Origin: Zootoca vivipara
Taxonomy: Eukaryota
Assembly: GCF_963506605.1 (NCBI RefSeq)
Contig: NC_083279.1
Coordinates: forward strand, 98,332,001-98,396,000
DNA: 64,000 nt
Reading direction: 5' to 3'
The notes under the pieces were generated by a model that searched no databases, was not told the origin of the DNA, and saw only the letters and a list, made by a program, of their open reading frames with translations. This document shows, in pieces, positions 61,321 through 64,000 of the stretch. The translations under genes were made by a program, and so were the position numbers. How positions within the stretch are numbered: position 1 is the first letter of the stretch; the number at the start of each line of letters is the position of its first letter.

Positions 61321-62544
61321 GGTGAGAGCGTCTGGTTCAGAGCTCGGGTGGGGATGGTTTTGCAGTTGTTTCAAACAGACAGCGGTAATAACAAGGCCGT
61401 GAAGATTTCATGGGGAGCAAGTACCATGGAACGCATTGCCTCTGTGGGTGCCCCAAATACACCCAATTTCCGAGGCTCACTCTTTTTCCACTCTTGCCTT
61501 CGAGAACAAAGAAATTGCTCATATAGAATGTGAAAGGGCTGTTCTGAGCCGCTGACATTTTTTCTGATGTTTCTGCGGCTGTTTGGTTGGCTGTACTAAC
61601 CCCAAGTACTGGGGTTGTTCTGCGTGTTCCTTCAGATGCAGGATACATGGGTCTCTTTTGTTTAGGTAAGAAGGGGCGTGATGGAAAAAGATTATGCCTG
61701 GTACGCAGAAAGTGAGCAGAGAAAAGTTTCCCTCCTCCTTTCCTAATGCCAGAACCTGTGGACAAGCTGAATGCTGGAAGACTTAGGACAGGGGAAAGAA
61801 AGTTTTTCCATGCACTGCATAGTCAAACTGTGGAACTCCCTGCTACAGGAGGCAGGGATGGACACCAACTTGGACGGCTTAAAAAGAGGATTGGGAAAAT
61901 TCATGGAGGAGGAGAGGGCTATCGATGACTTCAGGCCATGATGGTTCTGCTTTGTCTGGGGCAGAGTCTGGGGCCGCAATGCTGCTTCTGAATACCAGTT
62001 GCTGGAAACCACAGGAGGGGAGAGTGTTGCTCTTGTTTTGTCCAGCAAGGAGGAACAGTCTAAGTCTTTCCTCCTTTTTTCCCCTTGCAGGAATTTCATC
62101 CGAGCCTCCCCCACCCGAACCACTGCCCCCTCCTTGGCAGCTGTTTGGGCTTTATGACAGCACCAGAGGGAGGGAGGGAAGGAGATATACCAGCATAGAC
62201 TGCTCAGGTTGCTGTTGATTTGAGAAAATTGTGTGCTCCTTAAAACAATGATGCAGAAAGCTCAGAGCTTGCTAGTTTTGTGTGTGTGTGTGTGCACATC
62301 TGTTTGTAGTGCTACCTTGGTTCTCCAACTTAATCCATTCCGGAAGTCACCAAAGCGTTCTAAAACCAAGGCTTTCCCATAGAAAGTAACGCAAAAATTA
62401 TTTTCCCATAGAAAGTAACGCTTTCCCATAGAAATGGATTAATCCGTTCCAGACTTTTAAAAACAACCCCTAAAACAGCGATTTAACATGTATTCTACTA
62501 TCTAACGAAAGCATTGATCCATAAAATGAAAGCAGTAATCAATG

Positions 62545-63072
62545 TTAGAATCATAGAGTTGGAAGAGACCACAAGGGCCATCCAGTCCAACCCCCTGCCA
62601 AGCAGGAAACACCATCAAAGCATTCCTGACAGATGGCTGTCAAGCCTCCGCTTAAAGACCTCCAAAGAAGGAGACTCCACCACACTCCTTGGCAGCAAAT
62701 TCCACTGCCGAACAGCTCTTACTGTCAGGAAGTTCTTCCTAATGTTTAGGTGGAATCTTCTTTCTTGTAGTTTGAATCCACTGCTCCGTGTCCGCTTCTC
62801 TGGAGCAGCAGAAAACAACCTTTCTCCCTCCTCTATATGACATCCTTTTATATATTTGAACATGGCTATCATATCACCCCTTAACCTTCTCTTCTCCAGG
62901 CTAAACATACCCAGCTCCCTAAGCCGTTCCTTATACGGCATCGTTTCCAGGCCTTTGAACATTTTGGTTGCCCTCTTCTGGACACGTTCCAGCTTGTCAG
63001 TCTCCTTCTTGAACTGTGGTGCCCAGAACTGGACACAGTACTCCAGGTGAGGTCTGACCAGAGCAGAATACA
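62545..63072 (-). mobile_element. Young CR1 3' fragment
   Basis: [27 protein letters not shown]... Confidence 0.9.
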
Positions 63073-63769
63073 GAATGATCGCCTCCTTGCCGTCAAATCC
63101 AGGGATGGGAATCGGATCTCAGAAACTTAGTCCTTCTAGGGCATGGATGTGTAGTGCATACTATGAAGATTGGAGTACCATGTCTTGAGGCAGTGAGTTC
63201 CACAGGTAAGCAAAGGATTTGCGAAATAGGTTGATTACCTTTGGGTCATTGCACGAGACATGGAATGGGCTGAGATTGCTGCAGTTTGTTAATGGCGATG
63301 AGAGTTGTTAGGAGATGCCCTCGCAGAGCGACCGTTCCCAGAGTTATTGGTGAAGAGGGATTGATTGTTAAGCCACCCTGGGAATTGTAGTTCTGGGAAG
63401 GTAATCGGGTGTCTAGGCCCGTTGGGTGTGAGTTTCACGGGCTCATTCATATTGCGCAATCATAGTGCCCAGTGCTTTACAGAGTACCAAAAGACGGGTC
63501 CCTGCCCCTAGCGGCATACAATTCAAACTTGAACACAAGAGAAATGGAAGTAGGGAGTCGGGACAAACAGGGGAAGAACATTGAGTCTCCGTTTCCCTTA
63601 TATGTGCTTTTGCTTAGTGGCAGTGGGACAAGTGTCCCCAATTTGGTGCCCTCCAGATGCTTCAGGCTACGGTTGCTGATGTAACCCCCCCCAAAAAAAG
63701 CAACAACTGGAGGGCACCATGTTAGGGAAGGCTGCTGTAAGGGTGCGTGCCTTAGAGGAGGAGAGGCTT

Positions 63770-64000
63770 GCGCAGTGTGATGCAGCAGCAGCAAAAAAAA
63801 GCTAATGCGATTCTAGGCTGCATCCACAGAAGTCTAGTGTCCAGATCAAGGGAAGTCATATTCCTGCTCTGTTCTGCCTTGGTCAGACCACACCTGGAGT
63901 CCTGTGTCCAATTCCGGCCACCATAATTTAAGAAGGATGTTGACAAGCTGGAAGGCGTGCGGAAGAGGGCCACCAAGATGATCAAGGGTCTAGAAACCAA
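63770..64000 (+). mobile_element. CR1 RT C-terminal fragment running off the window
   Basis: [31 protein letters not shown] peptide. Confidence 0.8.

Overview
Vertebrate (squamate, most likely lacertid lizard) genomic DNA syntenic to the human 11q13.4 TOMT-ANAPC15-FOLR-INPPL1 block. I assembled five intron-containing genes by eye. (1) An intact 3-coding-exon SFRP2-like gene (+, 5484-8967, 299 aa) with no counterpart that I know of at the human locus. (2) TOMT (+, 13587-20147, 259 aa). (3) ANAPC15 (-, 27052-24895, 121 aa). (4) A single GPI-type folate receptor gene (+, 36122-41798, 244 aa). (5) The CpG-island first coding exon of INPPL1/SHIP2 (+, 51138-51328); its later exons were not found in the window. 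The rest is dense, often nested transposable elements: Sauria/Squam1 SINEs, tRNA-Ile/Lys/Asn-headed SINEs sharing a CR1 tail, tRNA-Ala SINEs, young CR1 and Bov-B LINEs, L1, L2, Rex1/Babar, Penelope-like remnants carrying hammerhead-ribozyme cores, solo LTRs, and hAT and Tc1/mariner elements with readable target-site duplications (TSDs). No prokaryote-type systems (CRISPR, operons) are present. Family names come from recalled consensus sequences, not database searches.
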